Below, one piece after another: positions 1 to 8,191 of a stretch of DNA of 41,855 bases. Every line of letters starts with the position of its first letter. Position 1 is the first letter of the stretch. Source of the DNA: Tolypothrix carrinoi HA7290-LM1 (GTDB taxonomy: Bacteria; Cyanobacteriota; Cyanobacteriia; Cyanobacteriales; Nostocaceae). The position numbers and the translations under genes are program-made. The DNA lies in NCBI GenBank assembly GCA_019358935.1, contig JAHHIK010000071.1, forward strand, positions 1 to 41,855, in the 5' to 3' direction. The notes beneath the pieces are model-generated. The model was given only the letters and a program-made list of their open reading frames with translations, searched no databases and was not told the DNA's origin.

Positions 1-124
1 CTTACTTTCCAATTATCTAATCGAGCAACTAAAACGTCCGGACATTGTTATGTCTATAGTTTAGTTTTTAGGCGCTCGGCGCGGCGCAGCCGCGCCATTG
101 CTTGTGCCAGTTGCGTAAGTCCTG

Positions 125-165
125 ATATAGATGAACGAGGCTTTTATATAGATGAACGAGGCTTT
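125..165. repeat. Tandem duplication of a 20-mer (ATATAGATGAACGAGGCTTT x2)
   Basis: Identical copies at 125-144 and 146-165, next to a TGCGTAAGTCCT element end at 112-123. Confidence 0.9.
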
Positions 166-178
166 GATATGCCACCTA

Positions 179-289
179 CAGGCTAGAAGCCTGAGGCTAC
201 ACGAACAAAGTCCGCCTGCGCGGACTTCAAGTTTAAAAAGCCTACGCAGGTAGGCTTTGTTCGTATAGCCCCACCCTTCCAGGGTGAGG
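179..289. repeat. REP-like multi-hairpin dispersed repeat
   Basis: CAGGCT/AGCCTG, AGTCCGC/GCGGACT, AGCCTAC/GTAGGCT and CACCCT/AGGGTG hairpins; related copies at 3015-3093 (inverted) and about 16054-16103. Confidence 0.8.
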
Positions 290-290
290 A

Positions 291-2822
291 TTAATTACGA
301 AAATTCCGCAAACGTAAAGCGTTAGTCACCACAAACACAGAACTAAAAGCCATTGCACCCCCAGCAATCATTGGGTTAAGTAACCATCCAAAGATAGGAT
401 AGAAAACGCCAGCAGCGATAGGAATACCCGCAACGTTGTAGATAAAAGCAAAGAAGAGATTTTGCCGGATATTGCGGATGGTAGCACGACTCAGTTTAAT
501 CGCCGTGACAATGCCTTGCAAATCTCCGGAAATTAAAGTAATGTCACTAGCAGCGATCGCTATATCTGTTCCCGTCCCAATCGCAAACCCCACATCAGCT
601 TGTGCTAGCGCCGGCGCATCATTAATACCATCACCCACCATCGCGACAAGAGAGTGGGGGAGAGGGGGAGTGGGGGAGTGGGGAGTGGAGGAGTGGAGGA
701 GTGGGGGAGTGGGGGAGTGGGGGATGGGGGAGATAGGAAAAGCAGATTTCTCCCTCCTGTCCACGCCAGTCGCCTCAACGGAGGGAACCTCCGCACGGCG
801 CTGGCTCCCCTTGTCTCCCTTGTCTCCCTTGTCTCCCTTGTCCCCCCCTCTCCCCATCTCCCCCTCTCCCCCTCTCCCCCTCTCTCCTTGCAACGACTTA
901 ATCACCGCTACTTTTTCATCAGGTCGGACTTCTGCAAACACACGTTCAATACCAACTTTATAAGCAATTTCTTTTGCAGTTCTCTGGTTATCTCCTGTAA
1001 GCATTACTACATCCAAACCTAACCTCTGTAATGCTTTTACAGCCTTTGCTGAAGAGGGTTTGAGGTCATCGGCAATGCCTATTAATCCTTGTAGCACTCT
1101 ATCTACCGCAATCCAGACGACGGTTTTACCAACTGCTTCCCTACCGTATTGTTGAAGATCGAAAATAGTCTCTTTCCCCTTTGGTATAGATATTTCTAAT
1201 TCTTTCATCCAACGTTGAGTACCGATTTGTACTAGCTTATCAGAGACAATGCCTTGCACACCGCAACCTGCGATCGCTTGAAAATTTATGACATCAGCTA
1301 AATGCAAATCTGCCTTCTCTGCATACGGGGGAAGATGCCTAGAGAAATTCAGTTGCGATCGCGCATAATTCATAATAGCCTCAGCTAAAGGATGTTCAGA
1401 ATTACGTTCCACCGCTGCGACTAACTGCAAAAGCTTCATTTCATTGTTATTCGCAGTACCATTAACAGTTACAAAGTCGGTAACAGTCGGTTTCCCCTCA
1501 GTCAGAGTCCCGGTTTTATCCAGCACAATCGTTTTAATTTTGTGCGCCATTTCTAAGCTGGTTGCATCCTTAATTAAGATGCCATTTTCAGCACCTTTTC
1601 CAGTTCCTACCATCACAGAAGTAGGTGTAGCCAAACCCAAAGCACAAGGACAAGCGATAATCAACACACCAACGGTGGTAATTAAAGAAAAACTCAAATT
1701 ACGTGTGACACTAAACCAAATAATGAAAGTAACAACAGCAATAATAATCACTGCTGGCACAAACCATCCAGTCACCTGGTCTGCTAATCTTTGAATTGGT
1801 GCGCTACTTCCTTGCGCTTGTTGTACCAGTTGAACAATTTGCGCTAAAAACGTATCTTTCCCGATTCGTGTTGCCTTAAATTTAAAGCTACCTGTCTTAT
1901 TAATTGTCGCTCCAATTACCTCATCACCTGGTACTTTTTTCGTCGGCAAACTTTCGCCAGTCACCATCGATTCATCAACTGTAGAATTGCCTTCAATAAC
2001 TTCGCCATCAACCGGAATTTTTTCACCCGGACGCACCAAAATGACATCATCAATTCTTACTTCTTGAATGGGAATATCAATTTCCTTTCCGTCGCGAATT
2101 ACTCTCGCATCTCTAGCTTGCAAGCCGATAAGTTGGCGAATTGCCTCAGAAGTTTGCCCCCTAGCGCGACTTTCCAACAACTTTCCTAAAGATATTAAGG
2201 TAATAACTACCGCTGCTGTTTCATAGTAAACCTCTGGCATCAAGCCTTGATTGACAAAAAACTCAGGATAAATAGTAGCAAACAAAGAATAGAAATAAGC
2301 TGCACTTGTACCCAGAACAATTAGCGTGTCCATCGTCGCGGAACGATTCTTTAAAGCTTTCCAGCTATTTATATAGAACTTGTAACCGCACCAAAATTGT
2401 ACAGGTGTAGTTAAAATTAATTGCAGCCAAGGATTATGCAATGATGCCGGAATGAAAGATAAATGCAAGCCTATCATCATTGGCAGCGAACCAACTACCA
2501 GTAAAATACTAATTACTGCTGCAACTGCTAGTTTAATTTTCAAGTTGCGTAATTCCGCAAGACGAACAGCTTTTTCGGCGTCATCTTCCCCAGTCATCAT
2601 GTCTTCATCTTCTAGAGAATAAGCCGAATATCCCGCTTCTTCCACAGCTGATTGAATTTGCTTGAAATTAGTTTTGCGGGGATTATATTTGACTACAGCT
2701 TGTTCTGCACCAAAGTTGACGGTACATTCACTTATGCCTGTAACAGAGAGAATCGTTTTTTCGATTCTTTTAGCGCAAGAAGCACAACTCATGCCTCTAA
2801 GTTTGAGTGTGAGGGTATCCAT
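291..2822 (-). CDS. Heavy-metal (Cu+-type) P1B-ATPase, PacS/CopA family, with an in-frame repeat insertion
   Basis: GMSCASC HMA domain, [33 protein letters not shown] and MAFSS motifs; ATG at 2822 preferred over TTG at 2831. Confidence 0.95.
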   Translation of the reverse strand: MDTLTLKLRGMSCASCAKRIEKTILSVTGISECTVNFGAEQAVVKYNPRKTNFKQIQSAVEEAGYSAYSLEDEDMMTGEDDAEKAVRLAELRNLKIKLAVAAVISILLVVGSLPMMIGLHLSFIPASLHNPWLQLILTTPVQFWCGYKFYINSWKALKNRSATMDTLIVLGTSAAYFYSLFATIYPEFFVNQGLMPEVYYETAAVVITLISLGKLLESRARGQTSEAIRQLIGLQARDARVIRDGKEIDIPIQEVRIDDVILVRPGEKIPVDGEVIEGNSTVDESMVTGESLPTKKVPGDEVIGATINKTGSFKFKATRIGKDTFLAQIVQLVQQAQGSSAPIQRLADQVTGWFVPAVIIIAVVTFIIWFSVTRNLSFSLITTVGVLIIACPCALGLATPTSVMVGTGKGAENGILIKDATSLEMAHKIKTIVLDKTGTLTEGKPTVTDFVTVNGTANNNEMKLLQLVAAVERNSEHPLAEAIMNYARSQLNFSRHLPPYAEKADLHLADVINFQAIAGCGVQGIVSDKLVQIGTQRWMKELEISIPKGKETIFDLQQYGREAVGKTVVWIAVDRVLQGLIGIADDLKPSSAKAVKALQRLGLDVVMLTGDNQRTAKEIAYKVGIERVFAEVRPDEKVAVIKSLQGERGRGGEGEMGRGGDKGDKGDKGDKGSQRRAEVPSVEATGVDRREKSAFPISPIPHSPTPPLLHSSTPHSPTPPLPHSLVAMVGDGINDAPALAQADVGFAIGTGTDIAIAASDITLISGDLQGIVTAIKLSRATIRNIRQNLFFAFIYNVAGIPIAAGVFYPIFGWLLNPMIAGGAMAFSSVFVVTNALRLRNFRN
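553..560. repeat. HIP1 octamer GCGATCGC (example; many copies across the window)
   Basis: Other examples at 1270-1277, 9439-9446 and 28692-28699; known cyanobacterial signature; none seen inside 4581-6216. Confidence 0.95.
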
Positions 2823-2954
2823 ATTCAACAATTAAAAATTTCAAATGCCTAAGTCGTAGGATAGAAAGGCATTTACGCATGTATCATGATTCCGATTATT
2901 TCAGTACGTTAAACTAGATTAAAGTACCACTATAATGTCAGCTTTACTAAAACT

Positions 2955-2986
2955 ATTCTAAAATCTCTAGTTAGGTGGAGAGTCAA
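2955..2986 (-). promoter_or_regulatory. MerR-type promoter/operator for the P1B-ATPase
   Basis: Minus strand TTGACT-N20-TAGAAT with imperfect dyad ACTCTCCA-N6-TAGAGATT; long spacer plus dyad is typical of ZntR/CueR-type promoters; divergent merR-family gene. Confidence 0.8.
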
Positions 2987-3014
2987 GCAATTCGATGCAG
3001 AATTTTGGATAGCA

Positions 3015-3093
3015 CCTACCCTATAAGGGTAGGGCTATACGAACCAAGCCTGCGGAGGCAGGCTTTGTATGTTTAGCCTCAGGCTTTAGCCTG
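3015..3093. repeat. REP-like repeat, shortened inverted copy of 179-289
   Basis: GGGCTATACGAACCAAGCCTGCGGAGGCAGGCTTTGTATGTTTAGCCTCAGGCTTTAGCCTG aligns to the reverse complement of 179-289 with an internal deletion. Confidence 0.8.
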
Positions 3094-3169
3094 AAGGCTG
3101 GTGCAAGATGTGAAGATGCATATTTTAGCTTTATTTTTATCTATCTGTAGTGTGATTGAGAAATCTACC

Positions 3170-3584
3170 GTGCTAACAAAAGATAATCAACTGCTGTTAA
3201 TTGGTCAGGTAACAGCCAAAAGCAAAGTCCCGATTAGGACGATTCGCTCCACCTGAAAGCCTCGGTTTACTCAAGTCATCAGGACGAACCGAGGGAAACT
3301 TTCGGCAATTTACCGTAGATGTACTTACTCGGTTGTCATTTATTAAACGCGCTCAAAAACTGGGGCTGAGTTTGGAAGAAATAGGCGAAATCTTGGAAGT
3401 ATATGATGGTGGTAAAGCAGCGTGCGATCGCATTCAAGAAAAGCTAGAAGATAAAATATCAGAGATTGACCACCAGATAGAACAATTGTTAACTTTGCGA
3501 GGCGAATTAAAAGGAGTACTATCAGGATGGGAAAGTTTACCAATCAAGCCAGAAGATACAATTTGTCCGCTGATTGGCAAGTGA
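3170..3584 (+). pseudogene. Frameshifted MerR-family heavy-metal-responsive regulator
   Basis: GTG at 3170 gives MLTKDNQLLLIGQVTAKSKVPIRTIR then TGA at 3254; the +1 frame from 3255 continues ESLGLLKSSGRTEGNFRQF...RLSFIKRAQKLGLSLEEI...C...ICPLI; 7 nt (TCCACCT) lie where two codons (usually YY) are expected. Confidence 0.88.
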
Positions 3585-3601
3585 AAACCTCAAATATTAA
3601 C

Positions 3602-3723
3602 TAAGTAGATGGGCATAAATAAACGTTCCTTAACGTAGTAACGGCTTTAGCCGTTAAAACCGAAGCTTTGAGCGGTAAACCGCTCACTACGATATTTTAC
3701 GTTTAATTTCGCTCACTTACTTA
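3602..3723. mobile_element. MITE-like element with an internal REP-like hairpin pair
   Basis: Imperfect 24-bp inverted ends at 3603-3626 and 3699-3722 (18/24); internal CGTAGT..AACGGCT/AGCCGTT..GAGCGG/CCGCTC..ACTACG. Confidence 0.65.
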
Positions 3724-4472
3724 ATTGTGTTTAATTTGCGCTTTAGCGTCACTCCACCTAAAGCCCCAAAAGCTAATAACCCAAAAGTGAAAGTTGGTTC
3801 AGGAACAGCAGCAATGCTCAAAGTATTGATTGCCAAAGCACGGTTTGCTACAGAAGTGCTAAAAACTAGCCGCGAAATGTTTGGGGTGTCACTGACAACA
3901 CCAAGAAAAAGAGCCGAATTATCCAAAGCTAATGAGGAAGTTCCGGGTGCTGAGAATGTTCCGAGCAGATTATTGGCGTTATCAAAAGCCGAAATAAATG
4001 CTGTAAACTCTGGTGTATCGTCTACTGCTATCTGAGTTCCAACACGCTTTACAGGCTTATCGAAAGTAATAGTTATAGGTCCTGGATTGCCCGGTGCAGG
4101 AAAAGAACCTGGTATAAACCCTGTGAACAGAAGAAAATCCCCTTTGGCAAAGTTAGTCGGAATCCCTGGACTTGGTAAGGTTTGAAAGACTAATGGGGGA
4201 GTAAGACCCGGAAAATTAAGTTTCGGTATATCTACACTCAGCCCTAAACCCCGTTCAGATGTAGCTGAAAAAGAATTCGGTAAAACATTGAAAGGATTTG
4301 CTGCACCGAGACTAGACCAATCTACTCGATCGTTACCTCTTAAAGCAGTCCTATCAGTAACAAATGTGATGGCTTTAACTGGTAGGGGAAAAACTGCAAC
4401 TAAACTTGTGAATGCTGCAATTATAGTCGCAGACAAACCTTTATTTGAAAGCTTGATTAATTTACTTTCCAT
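3717..4472 (-). CDS. PEP-CTERM sorting domain surface protein
   Basis: N-terminal signal peptide (..PVKA); C-terminal VPEP, hydrophobic helix and basic tail KRK. Confidence 0.9.
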   Translation of the reverse strand: MESKLIKLSNKGLSATIIAAFTSLVAVFPLPVKAITFVTDRTALRGNDRVDWSSLGAANPFNVLPNSFSATSERGLGLSVDIPKLNFPGLTPPLVFQTLPSPGIPTNFAKGDFLLFTGFIPGSFPAPGNPGPITITFDKPVKRVGTQIAVDDTPEFTAFISAFDNANNLLGTFSAPGTSSLALDNSALFLGVVSDTPNISRLVFSTSVANRALAINTLSIAAVPEPTFTFGLLAFGALGGVTLKRKLNTIK

Positions 4473-4712
4473 ATTAAAGTTTTTGGTAAATTTTTCTTCG
4501 CAAGTAAAAGATGTATAAAGACATTACTACACTTGTCACTTGAGAGAAATATGTGTTAAAAAGGTTATTGATAACTTTACAAAAATGGTAGGCTGAAAGC
4601 CCCGGAGGAACAGGCGCACAGCGAAGGCACGTTTCCGGGGGAAGCTTCCCCCGGAAAGCTGCCGCCCGTATTCCGTGCTTTAGACCGGGGATGAAAGCCA
4701 CCGACGCAGGCT

Positions 4713-4898
4713 TTAGCCTGCTGTCATTCCTCTCAATAGTCTTTCTAAATACTCGCTAACACTTATTCCTTTTTCTCTAGATTTAATAACAGCAGTCTCC
4801 CACGCGGTATCTGTTAACATAACACCGCGCCTCTTTTTAGACTCTTCATATAAAACAGGCACATTTTTTATTCTTTTTATTCCTTTTCCTGTTGACAT
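4713..4898 (-). CDS. Small basic ribbon-helix-helix-like protein (61 aa)
   Basis: KRRGVMLTDTAWE..A..KG.SVSEYLERLLR fits the RHH strand-helix-G-S-S-helix pattern; ATG at 4898; divergent from tnpB. Confidence 0.65.
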   Translation of the reverse strand: MSTGKGIKRIKNVPVLYEESKKRRGVMLTDTAWETAVIKSREKGISVSEYLERLLRGMTAG

Positions 4899-4950
4899 AC
4901 CAAGAACGTATGAGTAAACTAATAACAAGTTAGCAAACAACAAGGAGGTG
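4892..4950 (+). promoter_or_regulatory. Sigma70-type promoter and RBS of tnpB
   Basis: TTGACA (4892-4897)-N17-TAAACT (4915-4920); AGGAGGTG at 4943-4950 before GTG 4959. Confidence 0.75.
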
Positions 4951-4958
4951 AGTCAAGC

Positions 4959-6233
4959 GTGTTAGTCCTAGAGTACAAAGCGAAAGTAAATAAAGCACAA
5001 TATCAGGCAATTGAGGAGGCTATCAAGACTACTCAATTTATCAACAATAAGTGTCTTAGATATTGGATAGATGCTTCAAAAGAAGACAATATCAACAATG
5101 CTGCACTAAGCCGATACTCAACAGTACTACGCGCCGACTTCCCTTTTGTTGCTGCACTTAACTCAATGGCAGTACAAGCCGCTGCCGAAAGAGCTTGGTT
5201 TGCAATTTCTAGGTTCTACGAAAACTGTAAAAAGAACAAACCAGGCAAAAAGGGCTACCCACGCTTTCAACATGACAACCGTTCTGTTGAATACAAGACA
5301 AGCGGATGGTCGCTGCACCCAACCAAACGTAGAATCACTTTCACTGACAAAAAAGGGATTGGTGAACTTAAGCTAATGGGCAAGTGGGATATACACACCT
5401 ACCTCGCTAAGTCCATCAAACGAGTTAGGATTGTACGTCGTGCGGACGGGTACTATGTCCAATTCTGCGTTGATGTGGAATGCAAGGAAACAGTTCCATT
5501 TACAGGTCAAGAAATTGGCTTAGATATGGGCTTAGAACATTTCTACACCGACTCAAACGGACATCACGAACCAAACCCTAGATTTTTGCGTAAAGCTGAG
5601 AAACAAATCAAGCACGCTCAACGCAGAATCTACAAAAAACAGAAAGGTAAAAACGGTAGAAAGAAGGCTAGAAATCGATACGCACGCAAGCACCTAAGTA
5701 TAAGTAGAAAACGTACTGAACACGCCAAATCGAGGGCGCGTCACGTTATGCGGTCTAACGACTTATGCGTCTATGAAAACTTGCAGGTCAAAAACATGGT
5801 GCGTAATCATCGTCTGGCAAAAAGCATCAACGATGCTGGATGGAGACAGTTTCGGAGCTATTTAGAATACTTTGCCCAGAAGTATGGAAAAGTGGCGTTA
5901 ACTGTGGAGCCTCACTACACTAGCCAGCAATGTCCACATTGCGGCACGATGGTCAAAAAGTCTTTGTCAACCAGGACGCATACCTGCAAATGTGGTTGTG
6001 TCCTGCAACGTGACTATGCTGCTGCAATCAACATACTTCGTAAGGGTAAAGAAAAAATTGCTACCTCAGGGCATGGGGGAAGCAAGCCGACTTCTAAGAA
6101 GAAGGCAAGAAACGCTAGGGGAGTTGGAAGCTCTACTCAGGTTGGTGCAAACCTGCTTGAGCAACTTCCGACGTTGAGCCTAGAATCCCCGTCTATGAGC
6201 GAGCGGGGAGTGTCAATAAGACTTCATCTATAA
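4959..6233 (+). CDS. tnpB: RNA-guided endonuclease TnpB
   Basis: GYPRF, RuvC-I GLDMGL, RuvC-II VYENLQV, zinc ribbon TSQQCPHC..CKCG, RuvC-III QRDYAAAINI. Confidence 0.95.
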   Translation: MLVLEYKAKVNKAQYQAIEEAIKTTQFINNKCLRYWIDASKEDNINNAALSRYSTVLRADFPFVAALNSMAVQAAAERAWFAISRFYENCKKNKPGKKGYPRFQHDNRSVEYKTSGWSLHPTKRRITFTDKKGIGELKLMGKWDIHTYLAKSIKRVRIVRRADGYYVQFCVDVECKETVPFTGQEIGLDMGLEHFYTDSNGHHEPNPRFLRKAEKQIKHAQRRIYKKQKGKNGRKKARNRYARKHLSISRKRTEHAKSRARHVMRSNDLCVYENLQVKNMVRNHRLAKSINDAGWRQFRSYLEYFAQKYGKVALTVEPHYTSQQCPHCGTMVKKSLSTRTHTCKCGCVLQRDYAAAINILRKGKEKIATSGHGGSKPTSKKKARNARGVGSSTQVGANLLEQLPTLSLESPSMSERGVSIRLHL

Positions 6234-6236
6234 TTC
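6060..6236 (+). ncRNA. Putative TnpB omega/reRNA (scaffold to 6216, guide about 6217-6236)
   Basis: Overlaps the tnpB 3' end and right end; hairpins such as CAGGTT-GGTGCA-AACCTG and GTTGGAAG/CTTCCGAC; 5' boundary approximate. Confidence 0.65.
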
Positions 6237-6353
6237 GTCTTCCCCAAAACTCCGGGAACCGAATTACATTACTTGAGACGCGGCTGCTGAACCCAAGTCT
6301 CCCCAATCTCTTCACAACCAAGAGTCTTTTATAAGACTTGCATTGGAGTATTC

Positions 6354-7814
6354 ATGCAGCCCAAAAATCTCAAGCGTCTCCTGCGTGCTTTAGCGCGACA
6401 GGGTTTGAATGTAACTTACAACAACAAAACTTATTCAATTCGCCTACGCGATAGTTCGGATATGCCAGTAGCTGAAGTGCTGCTGCCATCAGGCTTCCCC
6501 GTAGAAGCGAAAGCACTCAAGCAGTTAGCGAATCTGGCAAGCGTTCGCCACCCCGCAGGCGGTTGCGTTTGTCGTGCCTGTGCTACACCTGACTTTCACC
6601 CAGGTGATGCGGGGATTGCCATTGGTTCAGTAATAGAAACTGAAGGTCAAATTATTCCTGCGGCTGTCGGTTCAGACATCAATTGTGGGATGCGTTTGCA
6701 TGTCGCCGATTTGACAATCCATGAATTTATGGCGAAACGCGATCGCTTTGTTGAATTGATGAAAGGTGATTACTTCTTCGGAACCCGCGATGTCACCATG
6801 ACAGCGAAAACATCTCGCGCCATGTTTCAATACGGAGTTCCGGGTTGGTTAGATGCAATGTTGGATGCACCTACAGGCAGTTTTGTCAAATCTAATTTGC
6901 AGCAAATCGCCCAAGAAAGCCAACGTATTTTCTTAGATGGTTCAATGGATGGTAACTGGAAACTTGCACCCGAAGAACTTGTACCCGATGAAGGACTGGT
7001 GCGCGATGGCGGATTGGCTACAATTGGTGGCGGAAATCACTTTGTAGAAGTGCAGCGGATTGATAAAGTTGAAAATCGGGCGATCGCCCACGCTTGGGGA
7101 GTGCGAGAAGGACAGCTTGCATTTATGATTCACTCAGGTTCTCGCAATGTGGGTAAATACATCGGCGGAATGTGGCGAGATAAAACTAAAGCCGCTTGGC
7201 AAAAAGGTTTGAAGTATCCTGACTCACACATTTTTCCGCTTTCTCTGCATTCCCACCCCGAACTAGTTGCAAGTTATTTGCAAGCTGAGGCAACAGCTGC
7301 TAACTATGGCTTTATTAATCGCCTGATGTTAGCAGAACTATTACGTCTGCGTTTGCGAGAAGTTTACAAAGATGTGGAAGCACCGTTAGTTTATGACTTA
7401 CCTCATAACATCACCTTACCAAAGGAACCCGGTTTTTTAGAAAAACCGGGTTCCTGGATAACTCGCAAAGGTGCTTGTCCCGCTTATGCCGGACAACCTG
7501 TAATTATCCCAGGCTCAATGGGTGATTATTCTTACCTGATGGTGGGTAGAGCAAATCCAGCGTTTTGCAATTCCGCTTCACATGGCGCGGGAAGAGTGCG
7601 TAGCCGATTTGACCTTACTCGCCAAGGTGCATCTCAAAGTGAGTCAGAACTGAGATTAACCGGGGTAGACTGCATCACACTGCGCGAAGAACGCAGAATT
7701 GAGGAAGCACCCGTTGCCTACAAGTCGATTCAGTCAGTAATTGATGTACAGGTAGAGGCGGAAATGGTCGATATTGTGGCGCGTTTGAGTCCGGTTTTGA
7801 CCTTTAAAGCTTAA
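6354..7814 (+). CDS. rtcB: RtcB-family RNA ligase
   Basis: PDFHPG, SDINCG, GGGNHFVE, IHSGSR, PHN, RKGA, IPGSMG, SASHGAGR, EEAP.AYK and terminal FKA motifs; GGAG RBS. Confidence 0.93.
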   Translation: MQPKNLKRLLRALARQGLNVTYNNKTYSIRLRDSSDMPVAEVLLPSGFPVEAKALKQLANLASVRHPAGGCVCRACATPDFHPGDAGIAIGSVIETEGQIIPAAVGSDINCGMRLHVADLTIHEFMAKRDRFVELMKGDYFFGTRDVTMTAKTSRAMFQYGVPGWLDAMLDAPTGSFVKSNLQQIAQESQRIFLDGSMDGNWKLAPEELVPDEGLVRDGGLATIGGGNHFVEVQRIDKVENRAIAHAWGVREGQLAFMIHSGSRNVGKYIGGMWRDKTKAAWQKGLKYPDSHIFPLSLHSHPELVASYLQAEATAANYGFINRLMLAELLRLRLREVYKDVEAPLVYDLPHNITLPKEPGFLEKPGSWITRKGACPAYAGQPVIIPGSMGDYSYLMVGRANPAFCNSASHGAGRVRSRFDLTRQGASQSESELRLTGVDCITLREERRIEEAPVAYKSIQSVIDVQVEAEMVDIVARLSPVLTFKA

Positions 7815-7981
7815 CCCTGATTTCTCACAAGCAATAAAAAATCAATTTACATGACCTGATGTAAGAGATTCTTTTGATACATCATCAACTTAAATAGAAG
7901 CGAAAAAATAAATTAAGTATAAATCAGCGCTCAAAAAGATAAAATAGTCACCATATTTGCCCTAGGAACCCAAGTTGCTAG

Positions 7982-8077
7982 TACAACAAGGCAAAAGTAA
8001 AAAGTAAAAATAAATAATCGTTATACCGCAAGCTTTTTACCAATTCCACATGGTCTGTTTATTTCCGCCGACCTGTA
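7982..8077. mobile_element. MITE-like insertion with CTAG target duplication
   Basis: CTAG at 7978-7981 and 8078-8081; imperfect ends TACAACAAGGC / GCCGACCTGTA. Confidence 0.6.
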
Positions 8078-8191
8078 CTAGCAACTTGCGTTATATTAAC
8101 TGTCCTTGAGTTTTCCTAGGGATTAATAATATGCTGAAAGAGTAACACTCAAACAAACTCACAACCTAGTAGCAGCTAGAAGGAAAAAATT

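Larger units (their letters stand above)
4581..6216 (+). mobile_element. Non-autonomous IS200/IS605-family element (tnpB, no tnpA)
   Basis: TTAC at 4577-4580 with AAAG at +16..+19 and hairpin from +20 (IS608-type left end); right end GAAT(6183)-CCCCG..CGGGG-AGTGTCAA(6216). Confidence 0.85.

Noticed and set aside
651..887. Intein or group I/II intron in the ATPase
   Set aside because: No intein terminal residues or intron core motifs; the segment is simple repeats.
472..1022. Antisense and alternative-frame ORFs over the ATPase insert
   Set aside because: Shadow ORFs caused by stop-poor repeats.
3247..3254. CTCCACCT at the merR lesion matches the operator on the minus strand
   Set aside because: An 8-nt match is too short to distinguish from chance.
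3333..3584. Independent 83-aa CDS
   Set aside because: It is the C-terminal part of the frameshifted MerR gene.
4568..4572. TTGAT as ISDra2-like TAM and left cut site
   Set aside because: AAAG at exactly +16..+19 from TTAC (4577-4580) fits the IS608-type rule better.
4474..4701. 75-aa minus-strand ORF as a tnpA remnant
   Set aside because: No HUH or catalytic Tyr pattern; it crosses the left-end hairpin and host flank.
4959..6233. Cas12f or nuclease-dead TldR
   Set aside because: No CRISPR array, IS ends are present, and the RuvC D-E-D residues are intact.
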